Below, in pieces: positions 1 through 8,892 of a stretch of DNA of 64,000 nucleotides (position 1 is the stretch's first letter; the number at the start of each line of letters is the position of its first letter). A program made the position numbers and the translations under genes. The notes beneath the pieces were generated by a model. That model saw only the letters and a program-made list of their open reading frames with translations, ran no database searches and had not been told where the DNA came from. The stretch comes from an uncultured Gemmatimonadales bacterium (lineage in GTDB: Bacteria > Gemmatimonadota > Gemmatimonadetes > Gemmatimonadales > GWC2-71-9): NCBI GenBank assembly GCA_963825055.1, contig CAWGSK010000034.1, positions 166,907 to 230,906 of the forward strand, written 5' to 3'.

Positions 1-150
1 CGACTCGCCCGTCACCCGGGACAGCGGGTAGCCGGCCGGCGGCCGCCACCCGCCGGAAGGGGAAGCTATCCGCCGGGGCACGAATTGTCAAAACCCGTTG
101 TCCCACTTTATCTTAGGCGATATCGTACGTCGCCCGCACCCGGAGCATTC

Positions 151-1761
151 GTGAGATCATACTCGCGCGTCGGTCTCGCCGCAGTCGCCGTCCTTGCGGC
201 ATGCGGAGGCTCGACCGAGCCCGACCTGAGCGTCAACCTGAACTGCACGTCTCCCGCGGCCGTCACGTTGGCACCAGGCGAATACACGGTGCTCGATGCC
301 ACCGTCTCCGGCGGCTGCATCCGCATTCCTGCCGCGCCCGCCGCCGGTGCGGAGTACGTCATCGCCGCCGTGTCGGCGGCCCAGGGCGGGCAGAGCGCGA
401 GCTACACCGTGGCGGCCGGCGAAGTCCCCGCGGTCGCGCCCGCGGCTCCACGCCCCCAGCCGGCCGCAGCCGGTGGCATGGCCGGGGGATTCCACGACAT
501 GCTCCGGGCCCGCGAAGCCGAGGTAGCGCGGAATCCGGCCCTCCGGCTGGCGCCGCCCGTTCCCGGTACCCCGGTGGCCGCGCCGCCGCTGGGGGACGTC
601 CGCACTTTCAAGGTCTGCGGCGACGTCAACTGCACCTCGTTCGCCAATGTGACCGCCACCGCGAAGTTCGTCGGCGCACGCGGGGCGATCTACCTCGACA
701 ATACGGTGCCATCGGGCGGCTACACCCAGGGCGACATCGACCAGGTCGGCGCCCTGTTCGACGGGCCTGCTCCCAACATGTACGGACTGGATACCACGGC
801 GTTCGGCCGCGAGAGCGATCTCGACAACAACGGGGTGGTCATCATCCTGCTGTCGGACCAGGTCAACCAGCTGAGCGGCACGTGCGCGGACGGGACCATC
901 ATCCTCGGCTACTTCTTCGGGCTCGACCTCTCCAACGACCCGAACTCGAACCACGGCGAGGTGTTCTACGGCCTCGTGCCCGACCCGAACAACAGTGGCT
1001 GCACCGTCAGCCGGAACACGGCCCTGTTGCGCCTGCCGCCGGTCTTCATCCACGAGTTCCAGCACATGATCAGCTTCAACCAGCATGTGCTGGTGCGCAG
1101 CGGGCCGGCCGAGCTGACCTGGCTCAACGAGGGCCTGTCCCATTTCGCCGAGGAACTCGGTGCGCGGGGCCTCCCGGACAGCCGGTGCCCCCTGGCGCCG
1201 AGCTGCCTGAGCCAGTTCGTGGGCTCCGGTGACATCCAGAACGCGTTCCTGTACCTCAGCGACATCGAGGGGAGTTACCTCATCGCCCCCAGTGGCATCG
1301 GGACGCTGGCGGAACGGGGGGCCGACTGGCTCTTCGTCCGATGGCTCGCCGACCAGTTTGCGACCGACACCCTTCTCGGTACCTCGGTCACCCGCGCGCT
1401 GGTGCAGACCGTCCAGGTCGGGGCTCCCAACGTCGTGGCCGTCACCGCGACGCCGTTCGACCAGCTGGTCGGGCAGTGGCAGCTTGCGAACCTGATGGAG
1501 GGTGTCAGCGGGTTTACCGAACCGACGGGACGGCTCCGGTACCGGAGCTGGGACTTCGCAACGCTCTTCCCGTCCTATCCCGTCAACCCGGACCGGGTCA
1601 CGACCGGCCAGTACTCGCACGCCGGGACCCTTCGCGCGGGAAGCGGGCGGCACGTGTACGTGCTCCAGCAGGGGAACGACGCGGCCATTGACTTCCAGTT
1701 CAAGGGGGGCTCGGGGTTCAGTGCCACCGTTCCCCGCTACGCCATCCTCCGCCGCCGCTAG
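151..1761 (+). CDS. Lipoprotein zinc metallopeptidase (HExxH, M30/neutral-protease-like)
   Basis: GTG at 151 after GGAG; lipobox LAAC; IHEFQH followed by WLNEGLSHFAEE. Confidence 0.75.
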   Translation: MRSYSRVGLAAVAVLAACGGSTEPDLSVNLNCTSPAAVTLAPGEYTVLDATVSGGCIRIPAAPAAGAEYVIAAVSAAQGGQSASYTVAAGEVPAVAPAAPRPQPAAAGGMAGGFHDMLRAREAEVARNPALRLAPPVPGTPVAAPPLGDVRTFKVCGDVNCTSFANVTATAKFVGARGAIYLDNTVPSGGYTQGDIDQVGALFDGPAPNMYGLDTTAFGRESDLDNNGVVIILLSDQVNQLSGTCADGTIILGYFFGLDLSNDPNSNHGEVFYGLVPDPNNSGCTVSRNTALLRLPPVFIHEFQHMISFNQHVLVRSGPAELTWLNEGLSHFAEELGARGLPDSRCPLAPSCLSQFVGSGDIQNAFLYLSDIEGSYLIAPSGIGTLAERGADWLFVRWLADQFATDTLLGTSVTRALVQTVQVGAPNVVAVTATPFDQLVGQWQLANLMEGVSGFTEPTGRLRYRSWDFATLFPSYPVNPDRVTTGQYSHAGTLRAGSGRHVYVLQQGNDAAIDFQFKGGSGFSATVPRYAILRRR

Positions 1762-1765
1762 GTCC

Positions 1766-2650
1766 ATGCGGAGTCGCGCCGCCATTCTCGCCACGTTGCT
1801 CTGTCTCGGCGCCCACCGTCTCGCGGCCCAGGCCGACTCCACCGCTTCCCCCGTCATCCTGAGCCTGCCCACCTCGGTGCGGCAGGCAGGCCTGGCCGGG
1901 GCCAACGTGGCGGTGATTGGCGACGCGGGGTCGGTCTTCAGCAACCCCGCCGGGCTTGCCACCATCAAGCGGCTCAGCCTCGAGGCCGCATTCTCCTATT
2001 ATCCGGATCACACGGTGCAGAGTGCCGGCGCTGCCGCCGTCCGGATCGGCCCGTTCAATTTCGGGGGGGGCTACAACTACCTCCGCTTCAGCGACACCTC
2101 GTCCGTGCAGGACAACCTCGTCTGGGTGGCGAGCTCCGTGTACCGTCGCGGGATGATTGCGCTCGGGGGTTCGGCCAAGTACGTGTCGCTCGAGGATACC
2201 ACCGGGCGGATCAGCCGCGCCCTCACCGGCGACGCAGGCCTTGCCATCGCGTTCTTCGATATTTCGGCGCTGGCGTTCAGCGTGCAGAACATCACCGGTG
2301 ACCGGATCTCGGGCCAGCCCCTCACGCTCCCAACCTCCTACCGCCTTGGCTTCACCCAGAATCTCTTCGATCCCCAGACCACGCTGCGCCTCCTCGCGAC
2401 CATCGAGGTCGTGTGGACCGAGAACCAGGCTCGCCGCACGCTGCTTGGCCTCGAATCCGGGATCGTGCTGGGCGGCGTGGGACTGGTCGCCCGCGTGGGG
2501 TACGGGGCCCAGCCCCGGGAGACCGAACAGAAGAAGATGGTCTACGGCGGGAGCATGGTCCTCGGGCTCCTCGTGGTGGACTATGCCTACCAGGGACGCA
2601 GCGGGCGCGGCGGCGAGGTGCACCGGCTCGGCATCCGCTGGACCCCATGA
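1766..2650 (+). CDS. PorV/PorQ-like (FadL-type) outer-membrane beta-barrel protein
   Basis: Signal peptide; LSLPTSVRQAGLAGA...VFSNPAGLA N-terminal motif; alternating beta-strands; C-terminal HRLGIRW. Confidence 0.65.
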   Translation: MRSRAAILATLLCLGAHRLAAQADSTASPVILSLPTSVRQAGLAGANVAVIGDAGSVFSNPAGLATIKRLSLEAAFSYYPDHTVQSAGAAAVRIGPFNFGGGYNYLRFSDTSSVQDNLVWVASSVYRRGMIALGGSAKYVSLEDTTGRISRALTGDAGLAIAFFDISALAFSVQNITGDRISGQPLTLPTSYRLGFTQNLFDPQTTLRLLATIEVVWTENQARRTLLGLESGIVLGGVGLVARVGYGAQPRETEQKKMVYGGSMVLGLLVVDYAYQGRSGRGGEVHRLGIRWTP

Positions 2651-3744
2651 ACCGACGGAAGGTGCTCCGCATGTTCCTGATCATCGTCGCCGTGCTGTTC
2701 GTGGGCTATGGGACGGCATACGTCGCGAGCGAAGACGTCCGCTACCTCACCCGGGCCGGCTTCGAGGAGACCCGCATTCTCGAACGCCGCCAGCCGATCG
2801 CGAAACTGGTCGCCGACAGCGGCACCACGGCGGAGCTCCGGAATTCCCTCACCCTCGTGCTGGAAGCCCGGGACTTCGCGGTCAGCCTCGGCCTCGACGC
2901 GAAAGAGACATACACCACTTATTCGGACGTCGGCCGGGACACCCTGTTGCTGGTCCTCTCCGCATCGCCGCCCGACTGCCTCTGCCCCTTCACCTGGAAG
3001 TACCCGATCGTCGGGCGCATCCCCTACAAGGGATTCTTCGATCCCGGGATGGCCCGCCGTGCGGCGGACCGGCTCGCGGCCCGCGGGTACGACACCTGGC
3101 TCCGGCCGTCATCGGCGTTTTCCACGCTGGGCTGGTTCAACGATCCGCTGCTCTCCACGGCCATCACAGCCGATTCCGTGGAAATGGTCGCGGTGGTGAT
3201 CCACGAAATACTGCACAACACGATCTATGTGCCGGGGGCGACCCCGTTCAATGAGAGCCTGGCGCAGCTGGTGGGCTACCGGGGAGCGGAGGCGTTCTTC
3301 CGCCAGAAGGGCGATACGGCGTCGGCCGACCGGGCCGCCGCGCGCTGGCACGATGAGGTCGTGCTCGGGGAGTTCTACCAGGAGCTTGCCGGCCGGCTGG
3401 ATTCGCTCTACCGGGCCCCGCACGATTCACTCCTGCTCCGGGAGGGACGCGCGGAGGTCGGGGCCTGGGCCAGGGCGGAACTGGAAGGCCCCGTTGCCGG
3501 GCAACTCGAGACCTATCGCATCGGCCGCCTCCCTGAGCGGCCAGTGAATAACGCCCGCATCATTGCCGCCCGGATCTACCGGACACGCCTGCCGCTGTTC
3601 GAGGCGTGGTACCAGGCGAATGGCTCCGAGGTGAGGACGGCTGTGGCAAAGTTGAAGAGCGAACTGGAGGGCGTGAAGGGAGACAGTGTGTGGGCGGTGC
3701 TTGAAGCGGGAGCCGGGAGTCGCGAATCGGCCATCGGGTTGTGA
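2647..3744 (+). CDS. Putative zinc aminopeptidase (Aminopep family)
   Basis: ATGA overlap with upstream gene; PIVGRIPYKGFF, AFSTLGWFNDPL, HEILH...FNESLA motifs. Confidence 0.8.
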   Translation: MNRRKVLRMFLIIVAVLFVGYGTAYVASEDVRYLTRAGFEETRILERRQPIAKLVADSGTTAELRNSLTLVLEARDFAVSLGLDAKETYTTYSDVGRDTLLLVLSASPPDCLCPFTWKYPIVGRIPYKGFFDPGMARRAADRLAARGYDTWLRPSSAFSTLGWFNDPLLSTAITADSVEMVAVVIHEILHNTIYVPGATPFNESLAQLVGYRGAEAFFRQKGDTASADRAAARWHDEVVLGEFYQELAGRLDSLYRAPHDSLLLREGRAEVGAWARAELEGPVAGQLETYRIGRLPERPVNNARIIAARIYRTRLPLFEAWYQANGSEVRTAVAKLKSELEGVKGDSVWAVLEAGAGSRESAIGL

Positions 3745-3801
3745 GATTCACCCCTCAGTCCCCGATCCCCGATACCCCATACCCGATACCCCATACCCGA
3801 T
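3707..3801. repeat. Degenerate heptamer tandem arrays (CGGGAGY-like, then six (C/A)CCC(G/C)AT units)
   Basis: CCCCGAT CCCCGAT ACCCCAT ACCCGAT ACCCCAT ACCCGAT at 3760-3801; loosely complementary array at 3707-3741; lies between convergent genes. Confidence 0.8.
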
Positions 3802-4889
3802 CACCTCAGCTTCCTCCCCGCAAGCCGTCCCGCCGGGTGCCGCACCGCCTCGGTGCAGCTGAAAGCCCCGTCCTTTCCCTCCGCATCCACCGCCAGCCGC
3901 CCCGCGACATCCGCCGCCGGGGCGTCCACGGGCTGCTCGATCACGAAGGTTGCCCCCATGCGGTTGCTGGACGCGGCGAGCGATGCCGCGCGCCAGGCCT
4001 CCGTGGTCGCGCCGGGCTGGCGCGCGGCCACGAGAGGGATCAGTCCGAAGCCGGGCTCGAGGGTGGTGGACCGGCGCGGGATCCCCAGGGCGCCCGCGAG
4101 CCGGTCCCAGGCCGGGTCTCCATCGGGGGTCACGATGACGGTGAATCGCCAGCCCTCCTCCCGGGCCAGCTCCACGAAGGCATCGAACACCGCACCGTCC
4201 TCCGCCTGCCCGTCCAGGAGGACGGCGGCGCCTGTCTCGCCGAACCAGCGCCGCCGGGGCCCCAGCAGCTCCGGACGGTCCTGGAAGGCGGCGAAGCGCT
4301 GCGTCCTCGAGATCTCGTCGTCGGCCTCCACCCGCTGTTCCGGGAATTCGGCGCTTTCCCTTGCCCCGGTGAATGCGACCTCGGCGGCGAGATAGTGGCC
4401 GGCCTCCCGCAGGATCCGCCCCCGCAGGAGCAGGGTCGAGCTCCGGGGCCAGAGGGTGAAGGCGCGGTCGAGTGCAAACAGGGCGTATCCCGGCTGGCCG
4501 GTGCGCCAGGCGACATAACCGAGTTCGTGCCACACCGCGCCCTCATCCGGAGAGAGACCGGCCGCGTGTCTCAGGTTCTCGACTGCCTCCCGATACCTGC
4601 CCAGCTCGGCCAGTGCAGCCCCGTGCAGGGTGAGCGAAAACGTGTCATCCCCGAACTGCTGCCGCGCGGCGGTGGCCAGCGTCAGTGACTCGTCGTGGCG
4701 GCCCTCGCGGCGGAGCAGCTGGAAATACTCCGCCCACGCGGGGCGGAGGAATGGTTCCACCCGGAGCAGCTCCCGGTATGCCTCCAGCGCGCGGTCCGGC
4801 TGGCCCTCCCGCAGGTAGTGGCGGGCGGGGACCAGGGCGCGGTGGGCAGGCTCAGGATCGAAGACACGGTACTGGGCGGTGGTCTGCAT
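3801..4889 (-). CDS. Tetratricopeptide repeat protein
   Basis: TPR-like helices (GAALAELGRYREAVENLRHA, AVWHELGYVAW); start chosen at MQTTAQ. Confidence 0.7.
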   Translation of the reverse strand: MQTTAQYRVFDPEPAHRALVPARHYLREGQPDRALEAYRELLRVEPFLRPAWAEYFQLLRREGRHDESLTLATAARQQFGDDTFSLTLHGAALAELGRYREAVENLRHAAGLSPDEGAVWHELGYVAWRTGQPGYALFALDRAFTLWPRSSTLLLRGRILREAGHYLAAEVAFTGARESAEFPEQRVEADDEISRTQRFAAFQDRPELLGPRRRWFGETGAAVLLDGQAEDGAVFDAFVELAREEGWRFTVIVTPDGDPAWDRLAGALGIPRRSTTLEPGFGLIPLVAARQPGATTEAWRAASLAASSNRMGATFVIEQPVDAPAADVAGRLAVDAEGKDGAFSCTEAVRHPAGRLAGRKLR

Positions 4890-5000
4890 GAGGCCAATGT
4901 ACCTCGCGCCGGGCCACGGCGGAACAACCTGGATCACATTCCCCATTCCCGGATCACCCTCCAGGGGCCGGGGCATCTCAGGCCGGGTTATCTTCCGGGT

Positions 5001-5056
5001 CCGTTCACCGTTCACCGTTCACCGTTCACCGTTCACCGTTCACCGTTCACCTCTCA
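5001..5056. repeat. (CCGTTCA)x7 plus one degenerate copy
   Basis: Seven perfect heptamers at 5001-5049, then CCTCTCA. Confidence 0.95.
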
Positions 5057-5068
5057 CCGCCCTCCGCC

Positions 5069-6427
5069 ATGACCACCTTCGTCGAACAGAACCAGGCCCG
5101 CATGCTCCGGGAACTGAGCGAGCTCCTGGCCATTCCCAGCATCAGCACCACCCCGGAACACGCTCCCGATGTCCGCCGGGCAGCGGACTGGATGATGGAC
5201 CACCTCCGGGGCCTCGGCTGTCCGGTAGTCCGACTGATCGAGGGTGACGGCCATCCAGTCGTCTGGGCCGAGGGCCCGCATGTCCCCGATGCGCCGACGT
5301 TGCTGATCTACGGGCATTACGATGTCCAGCCCCCGGACCCGCTGGATGAGTGGGTGACGCCGCCCTTCGAACCCACGGTCCGGGACGGACGGCTGTACGC
5401 CCGCGGTGCCGCGGACGACAAGGGGCAGGTGTACTGCCTGCTCAAGGCCTACGAGGCGGCCAGCGCGGACGGTGGCCCTCCGTGCAATGTGCATTTCATC
5501 TTCGAGGGCGAGGAAGAGTGCGGCGGGGAGGTCATCTTCGACCTGCTGGCGCACGAGCCGGAACGCACGAAGGTGGATGCCGTCCTGGTCTGTGACATGG
5601 ACTACTACGCGCGGGGCTGGCCCGCGGTCTATACCGGCCTGCGCGGGATGTGCTACACCGAGATTGCCGTCCGGACCCTCCAGAGCGATCTGCACTCCGG
5701 CACGTACGGCGGTGTGGCTCCGAACGCGATCGAAACCCTCGTGCGTCTGCTCTCAGGTCTCAAGGACGCGTCGGGACGGATCAGGATTCCCGGCCTGTAC
5801 AAGATGGTGGAGCGCCCCTCGAAGGCCGAACTCAAGGCATGGAAGAAGCTGCCGTTCAATGAGAAGACTTTCCGCAAGGAGGAGGTCACGTCGAAGGCGT
5901 TGACCGGCCGGGAGGAGTACAGCGTGCTGGAGCGCGTGTGGGCGCTGCCGACGCTTGAAATCCACGGCATCCGCGGTGGCTTCACCGGCGAGGGGGCGAA
6001 GACAGTGATCCCCGCCTCGGCCACGGCCAAGGTGAGCCTGCGCCTGGTTCCCGGCCAGAGTGTGAAGAAGGTCTTCAAGCTCCTCCGCCAGCGGGTGAAG
6101 GAGCTCGCCCCGAAGTGGGCTGACGTGGAGGTGCGCCTCATCCATGGGGGCGAGCCAGTGCAGGTGAAGCTGGATGCGCCGGTGTTCGATCTGCTCGGCC
6201 AGGCCTTCAAGGAGGTCGTCGGCCGTGCGCCGGTGCCGATCCGGGCGGGCGGGTCGATCCCCATCGTGACCAGCCTCGCCGCGGGCGGGGCGCCGGTGGT
6301 CCTCACCGGCATCGGGCTGCCGGACGACCGCCTGCACGCGCCCAACGAGAAGCTGGACCTGCAGCAGCTCTATGACGGGGTGGAGGTGTTCAGGAGGTTC
6401 TTCGAGCTGTTCGGGGGGAGGAGTTGA
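5069..6427 (+). CDS. M20 family dipeptidase (DapE/Dug1-like)
   Basis: YGHYDVQP, ARGAADDKG, EGEEE, DLHSG, GGSIP, HAPNE motifs. Confidence 0.92.
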   Translation: MTTFVEQNQARMLRELSELLAIPSISTTPEHAPDVRRAADWMMDHLRGLGCPVVRLIEGDGHPVVWAEGPHVPDAPTLLIYGHYDVQPPDPLDEWVTPPFEPTVRDGRLYARGAADDKGQVYCLLKAYEAASADGGPPCNVHFIFEGEEECGGEVIFDLLAHEPERTKVDAVLVCDMDYYARGWPAVYTGLRGMCYTEIAVRTLQSDLHSGTYGGVAPNAIETLVRLLSGLKDASGRIRIPGLYKMVERPSKAELKAWKKLPFNEKTFRKEEVTSKALTGREEYSVLERVWALPTLEIHGIRGGFTGEGAKTVIPASATAKVSLRLVPGQSVKKVFKLLRQRVKELAPKWADVEVRLIHGGEPVQVKLDAPVFDLLGQAFKEVVGRAPVPIRAGGSIPIVTSLAAGGAPVVLTGIGLPDDRLHAPNEKLDLQQLYDGVEVFRRFFELFGGRS

Positions 6428-6428
6428 A

Positions 6429-6449
6429 AGTCACTAGTCACTAGTCACT
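6429..6449. repeat. (AGTCACT)x3 heptamer array
   Basis: Three perfect copies at a convergent gene junction; contains the stop codon of the minus-strand gene. Confidence 0.8.
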
Positions 6450-7004
6450 GTCTTCTTCCATCTCCACTGGCGCCGAGTCACGCCCCGTCCCCGGGTGCGT
6501 CGCATCGGCCCTGGCGTGCAGTTCCTCCACACCGAGGAGGGCCCGGACGGACGCGATCAGTCCCGCGACGACGTCCTCGGCCCAGTACTGATCCGGCTTG
6601 TCCCCGGTAAGGGCGTTGATCCGGTCCTCCAGGAAGCGGATCGCGGTGCTCACCCACTCGGTCTGCGCCGCGGGAACCACCGCCCATGAGCCGGTGGACT
6701 TCAACTCCATGTCGCTCAATTCAGCCAGTTCCTGTTCCAGCCCGCGCGTGACGGGAGGCTGGCCCAGCCGCGTCGCGACGAGGGCCAGCATCTCCTGGCG
6801 TTCGCTGTCCTGCGGTTCCGGCAGCGGCGCCAGATAATGTCGCTGGTCGGCAACCATCTCCGCGAGGCGGATGCAGACCGCGCGCACCGGGCGCGAGAGC
6901 GCCTCGGGCGCCTCCGCGGCCCAGCTGCCGGCGGCCCGGAGGATAGTCTCAATGCGCTCATCAGCGTGGGTCGTGGCGCTGCGCCGGGACGGAGAATCTG
7001 CCAT
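6441..7004 (-). CDS. Hypothetical helical protein
   Basis: ORF with protein-like composition filling the gap; no motif recognised. Confidence 0.55.
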   Translation of the reverse strand: MADSPSRRSATTHADERIETILRAAGSWAAEAPEALSRPVRAVCIRLAEMVADQRHYLAPLPEPQDSERQEMLALVATRLGQPPVTRGLEQELAELSDMELKSTGSWAVVPAAQTEWVSTAIRFLEDRINALTGDKPDQYWAEDVVAGLIASVRALLGVEELHARADATHPGTGRDSAPVEMEEDSD

Positions 7005-7054
7005 ACTAGGGAAGTACGCCAGATGCAGCGGTAATGGCAAGGCGAGTGGGACGT

Positions 7055-7678
7055 TCAGCGCGGTCCGCGGCGCATGCGCACGGGATCCGGCCGTCCATAC
7101 CGCTCTTCACGCCACGGATCGCCCCGCATGTGGTACCCGTTCTGCTCCCAGAAGCCCGGCTCGTCCTCGGACAGGAACTCGAAACCGCGCACCCATTTGG
7201 CGCTCTTCCAGAGATAAAGGTGCGGGACCAGCAGACGCACCGGTCCTCCGTGTTCGGGGGTCAGCGGCTCGCCCCCGAACGTGAGCGCGAGCAGGTTCGC
7301 GGGTTGCAGGAGGTCCACCAGGGGGAGGTTGGTGGTGTAGCCCTCCTCGGCGTGCACCAGCACTGCCGTCGCGTCGGGCCGCACACCGGCCCGCGCCGCC
7401 ACCGCATCCACGGGGATGCCGCTGAACCGGTTGTCGAAACGGGACCACCGCGTCACGCAGTGCATGTCGCACAGCACCTCGCGGCGGGGAAAGGCGAGCA
7501 GCTCGTCCCAGGTAAGGGTGAGCGGCCGCTCGACCAGGCCGGTGATGGCGAATCGCCAAGTGGCCGGGTCGAACCGCGGGACGGAACCGTAGTGCAGCAC
7601 GGGCCACTTGCGGGTTTCGACCTGCCCGGGCGCAAGGCGGGCGCGGTCGGTGGGACGGGCGTCGATCGGCTGGGTCAT
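7055..7678 (-). CDS. Sulfite oxidase-like molybdopterin oxidoreductase (cytoplasmic YuiH/MsrP-like)
   Basis: RLAPGQ, CDMHCVTRWS, EHGGPVRL, YLWKSAKW, GFWEQNGYH.RGDPWREERY; ATGA overlap with lipB. Confidence 0.9.
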   Translation of the reverse strand: MTQPIDARPTDRARLAPGQVETRKWPVLHYGSVPRFDPATWRFAITGLVERPLTLTWDELLAFPRREVLCDMHCVTRWSRFDNRFSGIPVDAVAARAGVRPDATAVLVHAEEGYTTNLPLVDLLQPANLLALTFGGEPLTPEHGGPVRLLVPHLYLWKSAKWVRGFEFLSEDEPGFWEQNGYHMRGDPWREERYGRPDPVRMRRGPR

Positions 7679-8379
7679 GAGCGGGTGGCCGTGGAGAGCA
7701 CGGCATCGAGGGTGGTCTCGACCGGCGTGCGGTCGAAGCGAGCGCCGATGGCGCGCACCACCGCGCGTCGGGTACGGTCGAGCAGGGCAGGCGGTGCCGC
7801 GGCGGACGCGAGCTCGCGCGAGACGGATGTCATCTCCACGCCGGCGATGCCGCAGGGGACGATATAGTCGAACCAGCTCAGGTCGTTCGTCACGTTCAGG
7901 GCGAACCCGTGCATCGTGATCCACTGCTTCACGTGGATGCCAATGCTGGCGATCTTCCGCCCACCGGTCCAGACGCCGGTCAGGCCGGGGCTCCGCCCCG
8001 CGGTGATGCCGAGATCGCCCAGCGCGTCGATCAGAAGGCCTTCAAGCTCGCGCAGGTACCAGTGCAGGTCCGGGTGCAGCTGCCGCAGGTCGATCAGCGG
8101 GTAGCCGACGAGTTGACCGGGCCCGTGGTGGGTGACGTCGCCGCCCCGCTCCGCCTCGAAGACCTCGAGCCCCCGCTGCTCCAGCTGGCCGCGCGAAAGT
8201 GGCAGGCTGGCCGGACGGGTCCCGCGGCCCAGGGTTACGACGGGTGGATGCTCCACGAGCAACAGCAGGTCACGCGTGATCTCCCCGGTGAGGCGGCGGC
8301 GGATCAGGTCACGCTGCAGGTCAAGCGTGGGCCCGTACCCGCGGGTGCCCAGGTCCACCACGTCGATGGGGGCGCTCAT
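7675..8379 (-). CDS. lipB: Lipoyl(octanoyl) transferase
   Basis: EHPPVVTLG, RGGDVTHHGPGQLVGYP, KIASIG, HGFALN, IVPCGI. Confidence 0.95.
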   Translation of the reverse strand: MSAPIDVVDLGTRGYGPTLDLQRDLIRRRLTGEITRDLLLLVEHPPVVTLGRGTRPASLPLSRGQLEQRGLEVFEAERGGDVTHHGPGQLVGYPLIDLRQLHPDLHWYLRELEGLLIDALGDLGITAGRSPGLTGVWTGGRKIASIGIHVKQWITMHGFALNVTNDLSWFDYIVPCGIAGVEMTSVSRELASAAAPPALLDRTRRAVVRAIGARFDRTPVETTLDAVLSTATRS

Positions 8380-8810
8380 GCCGCGGCTGCCCGCCCGAAC
8401 CCGCGACCCAGGAAGATGCACCCTGCGACGCACGCCGCCAGCAGGCCGACCAGGCCCGCGGTCCCGAACCACACGTGGAGCACCACGCTCACCTGGCTCA
8501 CCATCAGCGTCCCGAACCCGCTCACCATGGCGAGCCCGCCACGCCGGTAGAACGAGTCAACCGGCGCCAGCAGGGTCCAGGTCGTCACCGCCCCCGCCAT
8601 CAGGCTCACCAGCGTTCCTGCGAGCAGGATCATGGTCGCCGGCTGGTCGAGGTTCGGGACCTCGCCCTGCGCTTCGGGCAGGATGAGGGTGCGGACCACC
8701 AGCAGTGTGATGGCCATCAGGCCGGTACCGAGCAGGATTCCGAAGGCCAGGGAGCGGAAGGCGAGGCCGACGTGGTCGGGGGGAGGGGAGGAGAGGTCGG
8801 GAGAAGACAT
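8376..8810 (-). CDS. Small four-TM membrane protein
   Basis: Four hydrophobic segments; translationally coupled to lipB. Confidence 0.65.
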   Translation of the reverse strand: MSSPDLSSPPPDHVGLAFRSLAFGILLGTGLMAITLLVVRTLILPEAQGEVPNLDQPATMILLAGTLVSLMAGAVTTWTLLAPVDSFYRRGGLAMVSGFGTLMVSQVSVVLHVWFGTAGLVGLLAACVAGCIFLGRGFGRAAAA

Positions 8811-8813
8811 GGG

Positions 8814-8892
8814 CGGAATTCGGCAATCGGCTGTCGGCAATCGGCAATCGGAACGTCACGCCCGACTGCCGATTGCCGGCTCCCGCCTGCCG
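8814..8892. repeat. Inverted heptamer arrays (CGGCAAT)n / (CCGATTG)n forming a hairpin
   Basis: Six CGGCAAT-like units at 8814-8855; four CCGAYTG-like units at 8862-8892. Confidence 0.85.

Noticed and set aside
5001..5056. Possible CRISPR array
   Set aside because: Contiguous 7-bp units with no spacers; no cas genes in the window
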